Positions 1-15,000 of a DNA stretch of 64,000 bases are shown here, piece after piece; within the stretch, counting starts at the first letter, position 1, and each line of letters opens with the position of its first letter. A model generated the notes under the pieces. It was not told the DNA's origin, did not search any database, and saw only the letters and a list, made by a program, of their open reading frames with translations. The stretch is from positions 58,342,001 to 58,406,000 of the forward strand of contig OZ260664.1 in NCBI GenBank assembly GCA_965285935.1, given 5' to 3'. The stretch comes from Ophelia neglecta. Taxonomy: Eukaryota. The position numbers were made by a program, and so were the translations under genes.

Positions 1-23
1 CCAAGGAATGTCTCCCATTACAG

Positions 24-3000
24 TCTCTGAAGTCTGTCAGTTGGCACCATGAAGGGAAGCAGTTCATGTGTAGTCATGGCGATGGCAGCTTGACTGTGTG
101 GAACTACAGGATGCCGCAGAAACCACAAAGTATCATGATGCCTCATGGTAAGTCAGAAGCTCCTCCTTAGTAGTATAACACTCCAGCTGAATGCACACTA
201 ATCAAACTTATACTACTCAAGCTTTAGCTGTCTAACTTACATGTACATAAATATACAGAGCAAACCATTTACACTAAACTATCATTACTGATAGTTTTCT
301 TTAAATAACTAGTAAATGTCACCATGTAATTAAACAAAAACAGGAGTGTAGGTAAGTTATCTAAGCAGTGAAACTGTATTAGAAATTATTTGAAGGCAAA
401 AATACTGGTATTAAGACTGTATTAAGGTATTAACGTGTATGACATGACTTGAATGTTAAGTATTGTTACTCTTAAACAGTTTGTGTTCATATCACTGTTT
501 TAGCTTATATCAAGATTCAACCTCTGTCTGAAAGTTTGTTCCGCTAAACAGTGCTATAACATCCCAGAAAAGGGCTCTTGGAGGAATCTGAGGGTTTAAT
601 GTGTCATTTCAAATTTACACCTATCTCCTGCTGTGCATACTCTATTATTTAGATGTCTATTAATTTGAAATAATCAAAACACCAGAATGCTGGATCAATC
701 AATTAAGTCATGTAATGACTCCCAGTTACCACGGAAAAAACAAGAAAGCTGTCTGGAAATATTCCTGTCGCCACCAATTATTGGATGTCCAAAACCGTGA
801 TTACTTACCAGATATCTTATATCAACATGAAAAAGACTTCAGTGGATTTTTCATTTCTTTCTCTATATTGGATTAACTAACGACATTGCTGAATAAAATA
901 GAGATGTGAATATTGCAAGAGTGGATGGGGAAATGTAGCCTGGGGCACAAGACTTTGATTTGTCTCACCACTTTCTGTCTTATCATGTGTTTATTCAGCT
1001 TACACTCTGCAATCTGTCCCCATCTTGTTTCAAGCTTGCATTAGAGCTAATGAAGCTGAAAAAGGAAAAGAGAAAAAAAAGGAGGAAAAGGAAACCAGTG
1101 ACCTTGATCAGTTGAAAGATCTTTTTACATTTCCATTTCTCGAAGGTTTGTAGTGACTCAGTAATAAGTTGGTGTTGAATTGCCATGATTTCTGATGGAA
1201 TGGCCTCTTGTGGTCTAAGTGTGTGCCTCCAAATTCTTTTATAGTGCACAGTCACAATTAAATTCATTTTTTTGTTGATAAAATATGTGTTGTTTTCGAA
1301 TGAATTGCCTAGATTTGCACAGTGATGTCTTTCCTATAGCTGCATGAAGCCACTTGGCATAATAACAAGATGTAGATTAGTGAAAATATTAGTTTGCATA
1401 ATGCTTAGCATAGAGTAGAATTTCTTTGAGTAGCAGACGGATGGGTCCTGTGCAGATGCTCTTTTCTTCTACAGCATGTATCAGAAAAAACTTTGTTTGG
1501 AGTAAGTACTGCCAAGTTTGTGAAAATGGGTACTTTTAATGCTTGTGAAACCTGTCTATTAAGGACAGGCAAGGGACTGGCTTAAAGTGACCACATAAGC
1601 AAGGTGCCCTTATTAGGCAGGTCAATTTACATGGTGGCAAATGGAGAAGGGCTAGAAAAGCATGACCTTAATGGGCAGGTGACTTTATTACACAGGTGAC
1701 CTCTAAGGCAGGTTTGACTGTATATTTAAAAAAAAAACATAGTCCTTTGATTTGTTTTGCAAAATTCTTAAGCAAACTTTTATTAGCTGGATGGGCTAAT
1801 CAGCATTGCTGTTCTATATGGATGAATTTTTTTTGGAATTTTTATTATAATATGTACATTGTGCCTAGCTAGTAAGATGTTGTAATTGGTAGACAAAAAA
1901 TATATAAAAGTTGGCTTGGATTTGTCCTTGAGCGTTACCAGTATACTACTACCCTTAACAGGTCTATGCCTTTACCAGTCTGCCTTTACCTTTAGATTTA
2001 GAGCTTGTGGGTTCCTTGCCAGCTTCAAACAAATCGTACAAATTTGGAGAGACAAGGCCCAGTCCAGAAAGATGGTGCTGTACTAGGCTGGTTTTTCGAG
2101 GGATGTGTGCTATGAGCTCCACCAGTTAGGAAAGGGGATCTAGAAAGTGATATTAACATCTTATTCAGTGATTTTGTCTGTCAGCACACCTCCCAAGGCC
2201 AGCCATGAAGTTAAAGAGGTGCATTATATCACATGTATACAAAACATTGATGAGTATGTATGTATACTTTGTATAGCTGTCCCTATAATCCACAAACCAA
2301 GTACCAGGATGGTATCATTTGCAATAGGGGCACTTCTATTTTTCAAATCAGGGGCAAAGAATGCAAAATGTGTAGGCTCCAGCAGAAGGCAGCCAATAGA
2401 CAATATGTGTATGTCTATACGGTATGCATATTGCGCCATATTTCGGTCCTTCATTTGTTTGATTAATCCATTTCCAGAGGGACTGTCAGAGGGAAATAGG
2501 TTTTTTTTCGTTGATTATCTGTCAGTTGCTTGAAACGTAAGCTCCTTTCCAACTCGCTTAGTGGAGAGGAAAATTTGATAGATGAATTTCTGATATTGGA
2601 AAAATGTGCCATTAGCATGCAATGTAGTGTCTATTGAACAAGAGTCCAATTCATGAATATCAAGTAAAAATGAGTATTGTTTTTTAAAAATAGGCAACAC
2701 GAAAGACACCACTGTGCAGTACCCTTGTTCACCTGTTATTTTTTAATTTCCTGCAATATTTAAAAATAATGATGCTCAAAAGTCCCATGATTAGGTAACA
2801 AACAGATAAGTTTATTGTTTACAATTTTGTAACCTTGACCCCTCAGATTTTGTGTCAACATCTAATCAACCAGATAAATATTTCAATCATTTGAAGATAA
2901 ATCTGTCTGGACCATCTAAGTTTTCTGACCAACTGTATCAAGGTTTCTCTTTTCCGATATTTTGCATTTATATGAATTTGCCAATGCATTTTGTTCTGTT

Positions 3001-6000
3001 TTATTGAATTATTATTTGTGATAAGTCCTCACTCATGGAGAGTATATCAATGGATACATTTCTAGTTGTTTTGCATCAGTCATCATAAAGAGCACAAAGA
3101 AATTAGTTTTGTATGAGCTTGGAATACAATCTTTTTATCTTAGATATTTCTATGTGTAGCCTTTCCACGAAGTAGATATACAGATGTTGTGCAAAATAAG
3201 CATTATTCTTGTCATCTTGTTTCTGTCTTCCCCATAAATAATTCAGAAGGACACTTTACCTGCTGTTTGCTTAGTGATCATTCATGTTTTAAGGCCTAAA
3301 GTTACAAAAATTGTACACTGCATGTGGTATATAACAAATGAATAGAAATAATAGAAATATCTTATCCTGAATAATGTTAAGTGTTTTTGTATTCATTGAA
3401 CATTTAAAGAACAAATTGAAGCAATTGTAACCTTATTTTATTATTAAGATTCTGAATGTGTTATGTGCCTGCAACCTGTCTGGGAATTATATAGATGTCA
3501 ATAACAAATTGTGGACCAGCTAGAAATTTATTTTTCACATCAATCATGCTAATTAGTTAAGAACCACTTATTAGCCTGACATTTCTTGAATAAAAGACAG
3601 CTATTTTATTTGGCTCCACAAACAGAGTGGAGGCCAACACAGACATCCCGTGCATTCAAGGGGTGCTGGCGCCTTTGTCCATTCCCTTAGAACCAGTAAT
3701 GGGATCCTTTTGATTTTTGTTACATTTGTTACATACATTTACATGCATGTGTCTAGGAATTTCTAAGGGACTAGTTTTTGAACCATTTTTAATATTGCTG
3801 CAGCTATAGCACTGAGTGGTAAACAAATCAGCTGATAACCCAAACTACAATATTTGTATGTTTCAATATTCCTTCTGTTATAAGCATGGCCATAATATTT
3901 TTTTTTCGGAGGAACTTTATAATCTTTAGTTGTTTTAGCAATGATAACAAAAAAAGGATTTATCTTATGTGCTATATAACTTTGCATTTATCATGTAAAT
4001 AGAGTTTATTGGTGGACTGTGAATATAGTAGGCAACTAAATGTGTTGAATTTGATGGTGCCCTTCTTTATGACCTTGATTTGACTTTTCAAGGTTGGATC
4101 AATAAAATTTATATTTCTGGTTTTAGTTCAATAGCAAAGTTATAAAAAAGTGTGGTGAACTGTTGAAAAAAACCATATTCCCCATAATGATGACATTAAA
4201 ATAATTTGACCTCCATTTCGAAGTCGTATCACATGAATATTCATTTGTGCACAATTATATCTGTGTGGCACGGTTGCTTTGGGGTCAGTTGGAAGCAGTG
4301 GGATAAGTGGGTTATTGCAGAATTATACCCATGTTATATAGTACTGTGCTGAGTACAGGCTGCCCTGTCAGTCTGGGTGTATTTAAACATGATGAAATTA
4401 TAAAATTCTTTAATATTCTGGCCCTTATAGTAGGTGGCTCCATCACACAGCTTATTTCACTGCCCTATAATTACGCATTTTAGGGTCCTCTACATTAGGT
4501 CTCGTCAGTGGGCTCCTTTTTGTGAGCCTTTTAATTTTGCAGTTTTGACCCTACTTTTGTAACTTGCCAAAGGGGTTTGCAACTTATAATAGTTTATACG
4601 AGTTAAAAGGAAATAAAATTTCCAAAGTTTGCCTCTCCCCTAGTTTTTTTGTTATGAATGTAAATCATAATGATCAAGTTACATCTACTGTAATATTGAA
4701 TAAGTTTTTCTTTTCAGGATTCTACCTTTTTCAGTTTTCATTGTCTACTCATAATATTATTGATAACATTGTAAGTTGTTAGATATTCACTGAGCTGTCT
4801 TCTCTCGTTCCAGCTAAAATAGGTAAAGATGGAAAACCTGAGCCTTGCAGACCAGTTAATAAAGTGGAATGGACGTCTGTAAGGAATGGGTAGGTGTTCT
4901 TTCCTACATCCGCTCCAGGGCAATAAGTATCAGGCAAGACCATCTCATGGTCTTAGTGTACACATAAATTGGGGCAATCTTGTGGTATAAGCAAGTTACT
5001 TTCTTACCGTGGCATGGCTAACTACACCGCTGACAGGCTTTCAGACAGATAAATAGCTGGTCCTTTCCACATGGCCGTATTTAAACAATACTTGTGGGCA
5101 TGTTCTAGAATTAGGGATCCCTTTCTGGAAGATATGGCCATTTTTCTGCTGATCTCAGCCAAAAAAAAGTGAGAGTCACCTTAAGTTTTTTTTTCTCCAA
5201 CCGCTGTGTGTATGAAATGCCACCCCAATGGTTTTAAGATGGGTTATTTATGTACAGTTGTAGACTGTACTAAACATCACTTTTTATTGCCTAAGCTTAG
5301 ACCCCTTTACATTTTATCTCTCAATAATCCTATGAACTATGGCTGGAAAGTTGCTGTACCAGAAGTGGGAATACGGCTTATCTGATATTTTTTTTTTAAA
5401 TAATATTTTCTTTGCCCCCCCCCCCTCTGCCTTCTGCAAAAGCTGTCCTTAATCAAAGCAATAGAAAATTTAATGTGGATTCTGGGCCAGTCTGTCTGCG
5501 GTTTGAATGTAGTGCAGAGCTATGGACTTTCTGGTTATAAAGAACCTGACAGCTTGGTTCCTGTGTAATGTGGCTGTGCCATTCATCTGCATTATTGTCC
5601 CAGCTCTAATAGCGGTACACTAAATGTCAAGGAGTGCTGTTGAAATGGAATATGAAGTACTCGAGATAGATCTCACCCGGATAATTGTAACTTCAAATCA
5701 AAATCAACCTTGTTTAGCATCCACCAGAGAAAAGAAAAACAGCTTTAAAAATTCAGACTTGAGCAATCAGGCATGGTCATCATTATATAAAAGTCTTAAT
5801 TTTATCGGTTTGTATCAGCAGAACAGTTTTTTAGCAATTTTTTGTACAATAAAGAGCACATGAAAGATAAAGTCCTGATATTTTATCCTGTTTTACAGTC
5901 TTGCTTTATGGATTCCTATAAGAATGTAAATCCTGTATGGAAATAATTTGTTCTTGACAACTTTCAGTGAGCCCTATGTAATATTTAGTGGTGGGATGCC

Positions 6001-9000
6001 ATTTGACAAGGCAACTCGCACCCCTAGTTTGACTGTGATGCATGCCAAGAACACAACGGTGCTGGAGATGGAACACAATGTCATAGATTTTCTAACATTG
6101 TGTGCTACACCATGGAACAATGGTAAAGTATCCAGGAAGGTTTAGTTATAAACAGTTAATGAGATACTAACATCAATTTTATATAAAGGCACAAAGTATC
6201 ATTTCTGTAATAATTAAATGTAATAGCTATAAGCTATCCCCCACACATATGCTGGGGATTGTAAAATCTCAAAAAAAATTAAGATTGAATTTAATACAAT
6301 AACCAATCATATGAATATTTATTTTAAGAAATTAAAAAAATGCCATCATGCATGTTTAGAATTATAATGCTAGTAAAAATAGTATATTGTGAAAAAATAA
6401 TGAAATTTAAATTGTCCAGCACCATTTTTATTGCAGATAAGCTCATATATTTGTCAAGTTGTACTAGTGCTATGTGGTGCTCTGTGGAGATATATTTTGA
6501 GGAATGATAAGACTTATATCAGCCAGTATTTATTTTCAGACTTCCAAGACCCCTACGGTATTGTAGTCTTACTGCAAAATGACCTGGTAGTGGTTGATCT
6601 CACTTCCCCAGGGTAGGTAGTGCCAATCCAACCGGTCCTCTCGTCAATACTATTGACTGGTACATGCCATGCTTTGCTTAATTACCCTTTAGCTATTCTT
6701 TCAATTGATTTTACAGCACCATAAGTTTAGGAAATCTGCTTATCTTAACAAGCTAGGGATTTTAACAGTCATTTTGTTTATAAAAATATATCCATAATCC
6801 TATAATTGGGAATGGTAATATCCACGGTGTCTCAGACCTGATATTTCTGTACAGCAATAAACATTTTTATTTTAGCTGCCATTTTCTTTTTGATGTAATC
6901 AATGATTATTGACAGAGTATTTTAGGATTTTTTAGCCTGTATTGGTTACACCATTGGATGTGTCGGATGTCTGATGGTTTGCCTTGCGGCTATATAATTG
7001 CTGTTTTGTTTTCCTCCTAAGTTTTCGTTTTATTTTCTCCTTCATTAAGATTGGTTCTTAGAAGGGCCATACATTGTGAACATGCTTGAAAAAATTTATC
7101 CATGTCATTTTGTGTATGCAGCCTATAGTTTGCTTCCAGCTTAATCAATATTGTATCAAATATCAGGGCTTTTTAGACCTGCTTTTTTAGGACTATTTTT
7201 TAGTAGATGGCAACATGGCGCCGGCTGTAGGTAAAGCTGGGCCAAAGAATTTTCTTTTTTTAAAGAATTTCATAGCATGTTTCATCTTAATTCAGTGTCA
7301 ATTTTGTGGCAGTGAAATGATATGTAGGCAGAGCAGCTGTGTTCCTAATTTAGGAAAGGATATTGATTGCTATGTCCAACATGCAATTACCAAAAAAAAT
7401 TCTTCAATTACCATCAAGTTGGTAAATGCTCTTCTCTGTGAGTGTCATTGGGAGTAAACTCCTATCATTCAAATCTGGTCACTTTAGTCTGCACAATACA
7501 AATACCATATTGCTGTCAATCATAATATCTGTAAGTAAAGGAGTATTCAATAACAATTGATTTAAAAGGAATGCACAAAATACGGACTGGCTATGCCTGT
7601 AAAAGGAAACCAGATTACTTCTAAACTCCACTCAAATGAATCACTGGACCATGTTAAGGCATCACCATTTTGGCTCTATCGTACAGTTGAGACATAAGTT
7701 GTTTTTGAATTGATGATACAAAAATACATCTTAATTCTTTCAGCTATCCCTGTTTTGAGAATCCTTATCCGATGGACATACATGAATCTCCGGTGACGGC
7801 CTGCCTCTATCTGGCAGACTGCCCCCCTGATCTGATTCCTGCATTTTACTCATGTGGTTCCAAACAGAAGAAGACTGGTTTTAGTGAGAATGACTGGCCA
7901 GTGAAGGGTGGGGAGTGGGGGACCACCACCTGTAGCTACCCCGAAATCCTCATCACCGGGCATGCTGATGGATCTCTCAAGTTCTGGGATGCATCTGCAG
8001 GCAAGTCACATTCTATAGATATGTCCAAAGGCTTTGGTCGACTAGGGTTCTTATTGAACTCACTTTTAAATGGGATGTTTTAGAAAAATGGAGTATAAGT
8101 GAGAGTCAATCCGACCTACAAGGGGAAGAAGGGTACATTGCATTTCTGAAAGCCTTGTTTCTATTTTCATGTCTTTATGATCATTTATATATATTGAAGT
8201 AAACATCGGTTGCATAATGTGACAGAGATACAGCCTTCAATTTTTATCAACCAGTAAGAATACTTTTTTCTTTTCAGTCACACTACAAGTGTTATACAAG
8301 CTCAAAACTGCCAAAGTATTTGACCGGAGCAAATGTAAGAACCCCGACCCCGACGATGACCCTTTCGCAATACAGCACCTGTATCTTTGTCCAGATAGTC
8401 GTTTACTCTGTGTGGCCGGCCTTGGACATGTCATCCTCTTCAAGTTCAGCAAAACAGAGGGGAATATAGACTGCCTGGTGAGTGTATCTAAACCTAGTCA
8501 TAGAGTAGACCATTCACCCAGTCATAGAGTAGACCATTCACATAGTCATGGAGTAGACCATTCACCTAGTCATAGAGTAGACCATTCACCTAGTCATAGA
8601 GTAGACCATCCACCTAGTCATAGAGTAGACCATCCACCTAGTCATAGAGTAGACCATTCACCTAGTCATAGAGTAGACCATTCACCTAGTCATAGAGTAG
8701 ACCATTCACCTAGTCATAGAGTAGACCATTCACCAGAATCACTTTCTACTCTAGTCAAAATATATCATATAACACCCTTCTTCATGCCTGAAGTGTTAAT
8801 GACTGACCATGACTTTAAACTTGCTATTATCAATCACTTTTAAATGGGATTTTAGGATGCCAATAAAAAAATTAATATATCCATGAGTTTGGGATAAAAT
8901 ATTGTGCTGTTTGCTTACAATACACACATGTTCTACTTGATTCTCATCTTATTTTGATTTTTCCGTGTGGCAGGCTTTGGAGATTTCCATTGTGTATGAG

Positions 9001-12000
9001 ATTTATGATGACCTGGACTCTCCTGAGCTGGAGTACCCTCCTGTACCACCAAAGCCGAGTATTGGCAATGTGTCTCAACAAAGTGGTAGCGTTGGCTCCT
9101 ATTCCAGCACAGCCTCTGACGGCAAGGTGGGAAACTCTCTTGTTATGATACACATATCTTTGCAATAGTTCACCAAAAAATGCATACTGGTCATGGTTTA
9201 ATATTAAGTCAGATGTAAATTTAAACAAGGCTGAAAAAAGTTAGAAATAAATGTTTGACATAAATAACAACAAATGTGCCAGTCTTATTTTGTTTGAAGC
9301 TGCACTTCTTGAATGTTAAGGCTTATTGTGCTGATTATATATTATTGAATATAGACAGTGTTTGTATACTTTGCAGCCTGAAAGGGAGTCGAGTGTAAAA
9401 GTAAAGAGCGGACCAAGAAAATGGTCATCGGGGTACCAGCCCGACTTGACCTGTGTCCTGATGTGGATTGACGGAGAGCCGCCTCCCCCAATCACCAGCC
9501 TCTCTGTCAACTCTAAATATGGACTGTAAGTTAAATCAACACTGGCCTGCTATCCAGCAATCTTTATACAATATCTCTATCAATAGAACAAGCAGCAATG
9601 GGCAGCTTAGGTCATAATTTAAGGTACAAATCTGTATTTAGTAAAAGATGTTGATGTCAATTATGTGTTTATGATTCTATATATACTTATAAAGCCATTG
9701 GCATATGTTTTTTTCAGTCTGGCCTTTGGCAATGATTGTGGTATAGCAGTGGTTGACTTTGTCCAGAAGTCCTGTCTCCTCAACATGGGCACTCCTGATC
9801 TCTATGGTTTGTAAATGCCTTGACAATAATAATTGAAATAAATTCTCCTATATAATTCAACAGGTCAAAAACAGGTCAGCTAACTTGTTAAAGTGAACTT
9901 GTAAAACCTGATCAATTTGCTTAAGTTTACTAAATATTTTGAGATGATGCCTATCATGTGCAGTGCCTGTTAAATGACTCGTCTTTAGGTTCAATGGACC
10001 CATACTCGAGAGCCCCACGGAGCCCAAAGTCTAAGAGTCAGCTTCAGGCAATAGACCTCTCTCAGCCCTACACGTCAGAGGAGTGCAAGTCACCCACCAC
10101 AGATCAGGTATACTTCTCAGTTTTTCTTATCTTTGGCCTGGTTATTACTACTTACTGTCTGGAATAACAGAACCACTTTCAGGTATATAACACGCCCCTG
10201 CCTGGTATATAACATGCCCCTGCCTGGTATATAACACGCCCCTGCCTGGTATATAACATGCCCCGGCCAGGTATATAACACGCCCCTGCCTGGTATATAA
10301 CACGCCCCTGCCTGGTATATAACATGCCCCTGCCTGGTATATAACATGCCCCTGCCTGGTATATAACATGCCCCTGCCAGGTATATAACACGCCCCTGCC
10401 AGGTATATAACACGCCCCTGCCTGGTATATAACATGCCCCGCCTGGTATATAACACGCCCCTGCCTGGTAAATAACATGCCCCTGCCAGGTATATAACAC
10501 GCCCCTGCCTGGTATATAACATGCCCCTGCCTGGTATATAACACGCCCCTGCCTGGTATATAACATGCCCCTGCCTGGTATATAACACTGGTCTGGTTAC
10601 TTATTCTTGCTAGTCTGGTTACTCAGTCTTGCTGATCTGGTTACTCAAGCTGCTGGTCTGGTTACTCTGACTCGCTGGTCTGGTTACTCTGACTCGCTGG
10701 TCTAGTTACTCAGTCTTCCAGGTCTAGTTACCCAGGTTTGCTGGTCTGGTAACTCAGGCTGGCTGGTCTGGTCACCCAGCCTTGTTGGTCTGGTAACTCA
10801 GGCTTGCTGGTCTCGTTAAACAGGATTAGCACTCTGGTAACACAGGCTTGCCTGTCTCCCCTTGAGTGGCTTTCTCACCTGCATAGGCAAGTCATGAAAA
10901 TATGATTCTAAGAAATCCATCTTTACCTTTATGTATAAGAAAAACCACCTTTACTATGATAAAGTTAGAAACTTGCTTATCTTTTGTGATGAGATAATTT
11001 AACAGTATTTTTCCTTGTATTGAAAAAATACCTTCTCTTTTTCTTGAGTGTTATTTTACTCACATTTTGCAGTGACACAAATATTTAAAAGATATATATT
11101 AAGAGGGTTTTCTTTAAGCTTTTGCAAAACTCCCCATTCTATTGTGTGCCTTGAAAATGCTTTAAGTGACCAATTAACACTTTATTCCATTAATCGCTTG
11201 TTGATTTTACACTCTTTAATCTTTATTCATACATTACTATTGCTACAATAATTTCTGGTTCCAAACCTTTGACTTTTGGGGAGTGACTGGAGCTTTTGGA
11301 GTGTGGTTGGAGCTATTTCGGTGTGATTGCTGTAACACAAGCTGTAGTGTTATTCCTGAATTATGGAAATAATTTCAGGTTTCTTGCTGGGATTTTATTA
11401 TAGGAATTCTCCTATGTACATGAAAATGGCCAGCAGTACTCTGTAAATCACTGGCACATAGGCCAATAACTATCTGGAAAGTCATAACTCATTAACCTAG
11501 CTTCCAATTATACTTTTCATAGCCTGATCTAGGTAAGATTTCTGTGTTTAACTGATCAGTGACAGTCACTGGGTACTAAAGCTATTTTTTAATGAAGACA
11601 ATGCATGTATTTTAAAGCTTTCAGGGAATCCTGCAATTTTGATTGGTGTATGATTGTCAAACCATTAGGACCAAGTGATATGTATTTATATTAATGAAGG
11701 ACTTCACATCCTTTCAACCAACCTTGGCACACATTGCATGGTTGCTTCATTGCCTGGCAGTTTTTATTTGAGGGACATTGGATAAGTGAACTGTTGCATG
11801 CCATGTCATCATTGCTTGTAAATTGCATTTTTTATCTATTGGGAAGTGCTTACTGATGCTTCATTCAGTCAGTGATGTTAACTCCGGTATCAGATAGATA
11901 TCTCTGATTGTGACTTCTTTAATGTGCTGTTAAACTGTTATCCAAATGTCAATTTAAATAGAATATATTGTTTAGAGGAAGTCTGCATACCCCACTCACA

Positions 12001-15000
12001 AGCATGTTTATGTTTTTATGTAGTAAACTACTTCAGTCAGTGATGATATTTGTACCTAACTATCTGTAGATTAAGTCTTGGTTTCTTCTCTTGTGTTACA
12101 GCAGTTTTGTTATTTTAGATAGTATGGTTATTATTTTTCATTTGGTTGTGTTTCAGTGTGATAGCACCATATTGCACACCGTTGCTCATAACCAAGAACC
12201 GGGGGAGAAGAAGAACGGCCCTATTCAAAGTACACCGTCATTGGCCAGTATCAAGGAAACTCCCCAGTTCACTATCAGCGTAGTAGAGCAGGGACACAAG
12301 GATGACAAGAGTGATGGTGAAAGTCAAACAAATTATAGCAGGGACAATCTACAAAGCACACACAAACAAGTTCTGTGCAGTAGCAAAACCATTGATGAGG
12401 CGTTTGCAGCATTAGAGTATCTTGAATCAACCAAAGATGAATCATCAGTTTTTTGTGAGAGTGATGAAGAAAAAAGACTATATCTCACCTCGATTAGTGG
12501 AAAAGACCATAAAAATGCTGGTGGAGATGTTCCAGTCAAACCTCCCAGATCTAAAAAGCAGGCCTCTAAAAACTGTAGTAATTCCTCCGAGTCCTCATTG
12601 CAATCCATTTCGCCTCAGAGAAGCTTCTCTAGTCCAGTAGATGAAAGGCAACCCCCTGAGAAGAGAACGGTGTCGCGTGTGGCCTCGGACGGTCCTCAGT
12701 ATGTGAGCGGGCAGCAGGGCGAAGAGCAAGCTGACAACCAGCACAAGCCCAGACGGAGGAGCAGCATCTTCACCTACTTTACCAAAAGAAAAGAAGAAAA
12801 GATTGATAGTGACTTAACAGATGGCAGCAGTGGAGTAGGAACAAGACAGTTTCGCTCTGAAAATGACCTCAAGACATATGCGCATTCAACTAGCAATCAC
12901 AGTCTTGCCAGCAGTACCCTCTCAAGTAGTGGTACCAGCCAAGAGGCATTGGACGAAATAGACAGCAGTTCCCAAAAAAGCGATAATTCATCCAGGAAAG
13001 AAGGATTTGCACGCAGGATGAGTCGGAAAATGCGACATGCAGTGGTCGGAAAGAAATGGGAGGAGACAGTTGAGGAATGCATAATCAGTAGCAATAAAAA
13101 GCGAGGGCACCAGTTCCAATTAATGGACCTCAGCATGGAAGATGTCCCTGAAAACCCACCCGTCAAAAAGATTTTCTATGCAATCTACTGTCAAATGGGT
13201 ATGTGGCATGTTTGTTATTACTAATGGCTTGTCATTTTATATTNNNNNNNNNNNNNNNNNNNNNNNNNNNNNNNNNNNNNNNNNNNNNNNNNNNNNNNNN
13301 NNNNNNNNNNNNNNNNNNNNNNNNNNNNNNNNNNNNNNNNNNNNNNNNNNNNNNNNNNNNNNNNNNNNNNNNNNNNNNNTATCTGTGGGACTTTTGGATC
13401 ATTCTAATGCTTTGGGCTTTTTCATTTTTCAGGATCAGATTGCAGAACAGTGATTCTTGTTGTATTATTAAACTAAACAACTTTTTTTTTTCATTTTGTC
13501 CACATGTATGCCTTACATTTCTGCTATTTTTCTCCCTCCATGCTACCACAGGCTCAAGGAAAGTGTTGTTCTACTTAGCACTAGAGAAATGAAGATTACT
13601 TTCATTTCCCTTATGTAGTGGTAGGACTATGTGGGTGTGCCTCCCGTAGACTGCCTCTTGTCCTCGGCCAGGACTCAACCACTAGACTTCTAACTTTTCA
13701 TCTTTCCTGTTATAGATAAATGGGGTTTGTCTCAGTCCGACAAACGCCAGCACAAAGAGACCATACCGCCCCGAATTGAAACGGACTAAGTCTCAAGGTA
13801 CTCGCAAAATTCAAAAGGCACAAAGTACATGCTCCATGGAGGACACATCATATTACGGTGCTGAATCTTTTTGGTTTCTCTTGTCAATTTTGACTGGTTA
13901 ACAGTTTGTACATCCAACTTAGCAGACTAAGGGTGATAAGATGATGCTTCCTGTGTGTCCTTTATTTGGTTCATTCCAGTTAATATGTGAATTTGTGTAG
14001 AGCTTTAGTTCATGTTGGATTATTTAAATGTGTCATGTTCAAGCTCGGTGGTGTTGTTAATTCTTTTTATTTTTATCTTTTCTATTTTTACCATTTCTAG
14101 TAGTAGTACTCAATTAAGGTTGTAACCAGATGAATATTGACCAATTTATCTGTGAATTATTAGGTTCCTACCTTGTTTATTTGATTATCTTAGTCATTTT
14201 CCACCATTTGATGATGGTCTAAATCACAGTTTCCTACCCAGACATTTTTTTAAAGCCAAGTAAAAATGGCAAGCCAAAGAAACAGTTGGCATACTGTCTA
14301 TTCATTGGTATACATTAAACTTAGTGCATTTCTCCCTCTTGATCATAGAATAGTGATATTTAAGTATTGATGGTTTATAATTTTGCAATAATTCCATTGA
14401 TAAAAACATGTTTAGTTATACTACTAAGCTTGTCAGCATACATGTTATGTGGCTACCTAGGTTAAGAAACTGAAAACTTTTATTTCTTCCTTGCAGTCCC
14501 ATTAGTGATAGACTTATAGTCCAATCTATTGAAATATAGAGTGTGGTGTATTAAATGGTTGATGTGTTAAGTTGTTTATGCAACCCTTTTCTGCAAATGG
14601 TGTTTTAGCAAATAGACAACCAATAAGAGAACTGTATTTCAGTATTTGGACTCACAGACTATTAAGAGTTCATACACTGAAATATACATTTAAGTGTAGG
14701 CTATTTAATATGTCTCCGTGCATAATTATATCAGGACCTACCCATACTGCTTTTATTTGGGATTGTGCCTGTTTTAACACAAGGTTCACAAGTTGGGTGT
14801 ACACTGACCAGTGTTATTCATTGTTTATATTGTGTTGTGTTACAGTTCTGGTTGTTACTAGACTCATCTTAATCTTTTATTACAGTTAAATTTGATGACT
14901 GTAAGGTCCCATTTATTTCATGTACAAGATCAAACAACAGCCATTAAAGAAAATACCTGCTTCATCTTTCCAAAACATTTCAAATCAGTTAAAATATTCA

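Noticed and set aside
3590-4360. Possible decayed Helentron-like element (TGACCTTGA motifs)
   Set aside because: Too degenerate to define ends or family from sequence alone.
10117-10588. Three repetitive minus-strand ORFs (121-149 aa)
   Set aside because: They are translations of the 22-bp minisatellite, with no splice or compositional support.
13142-13592. ORFs spanning X residues
   Set aside because: They are open only because they cross the N gap.
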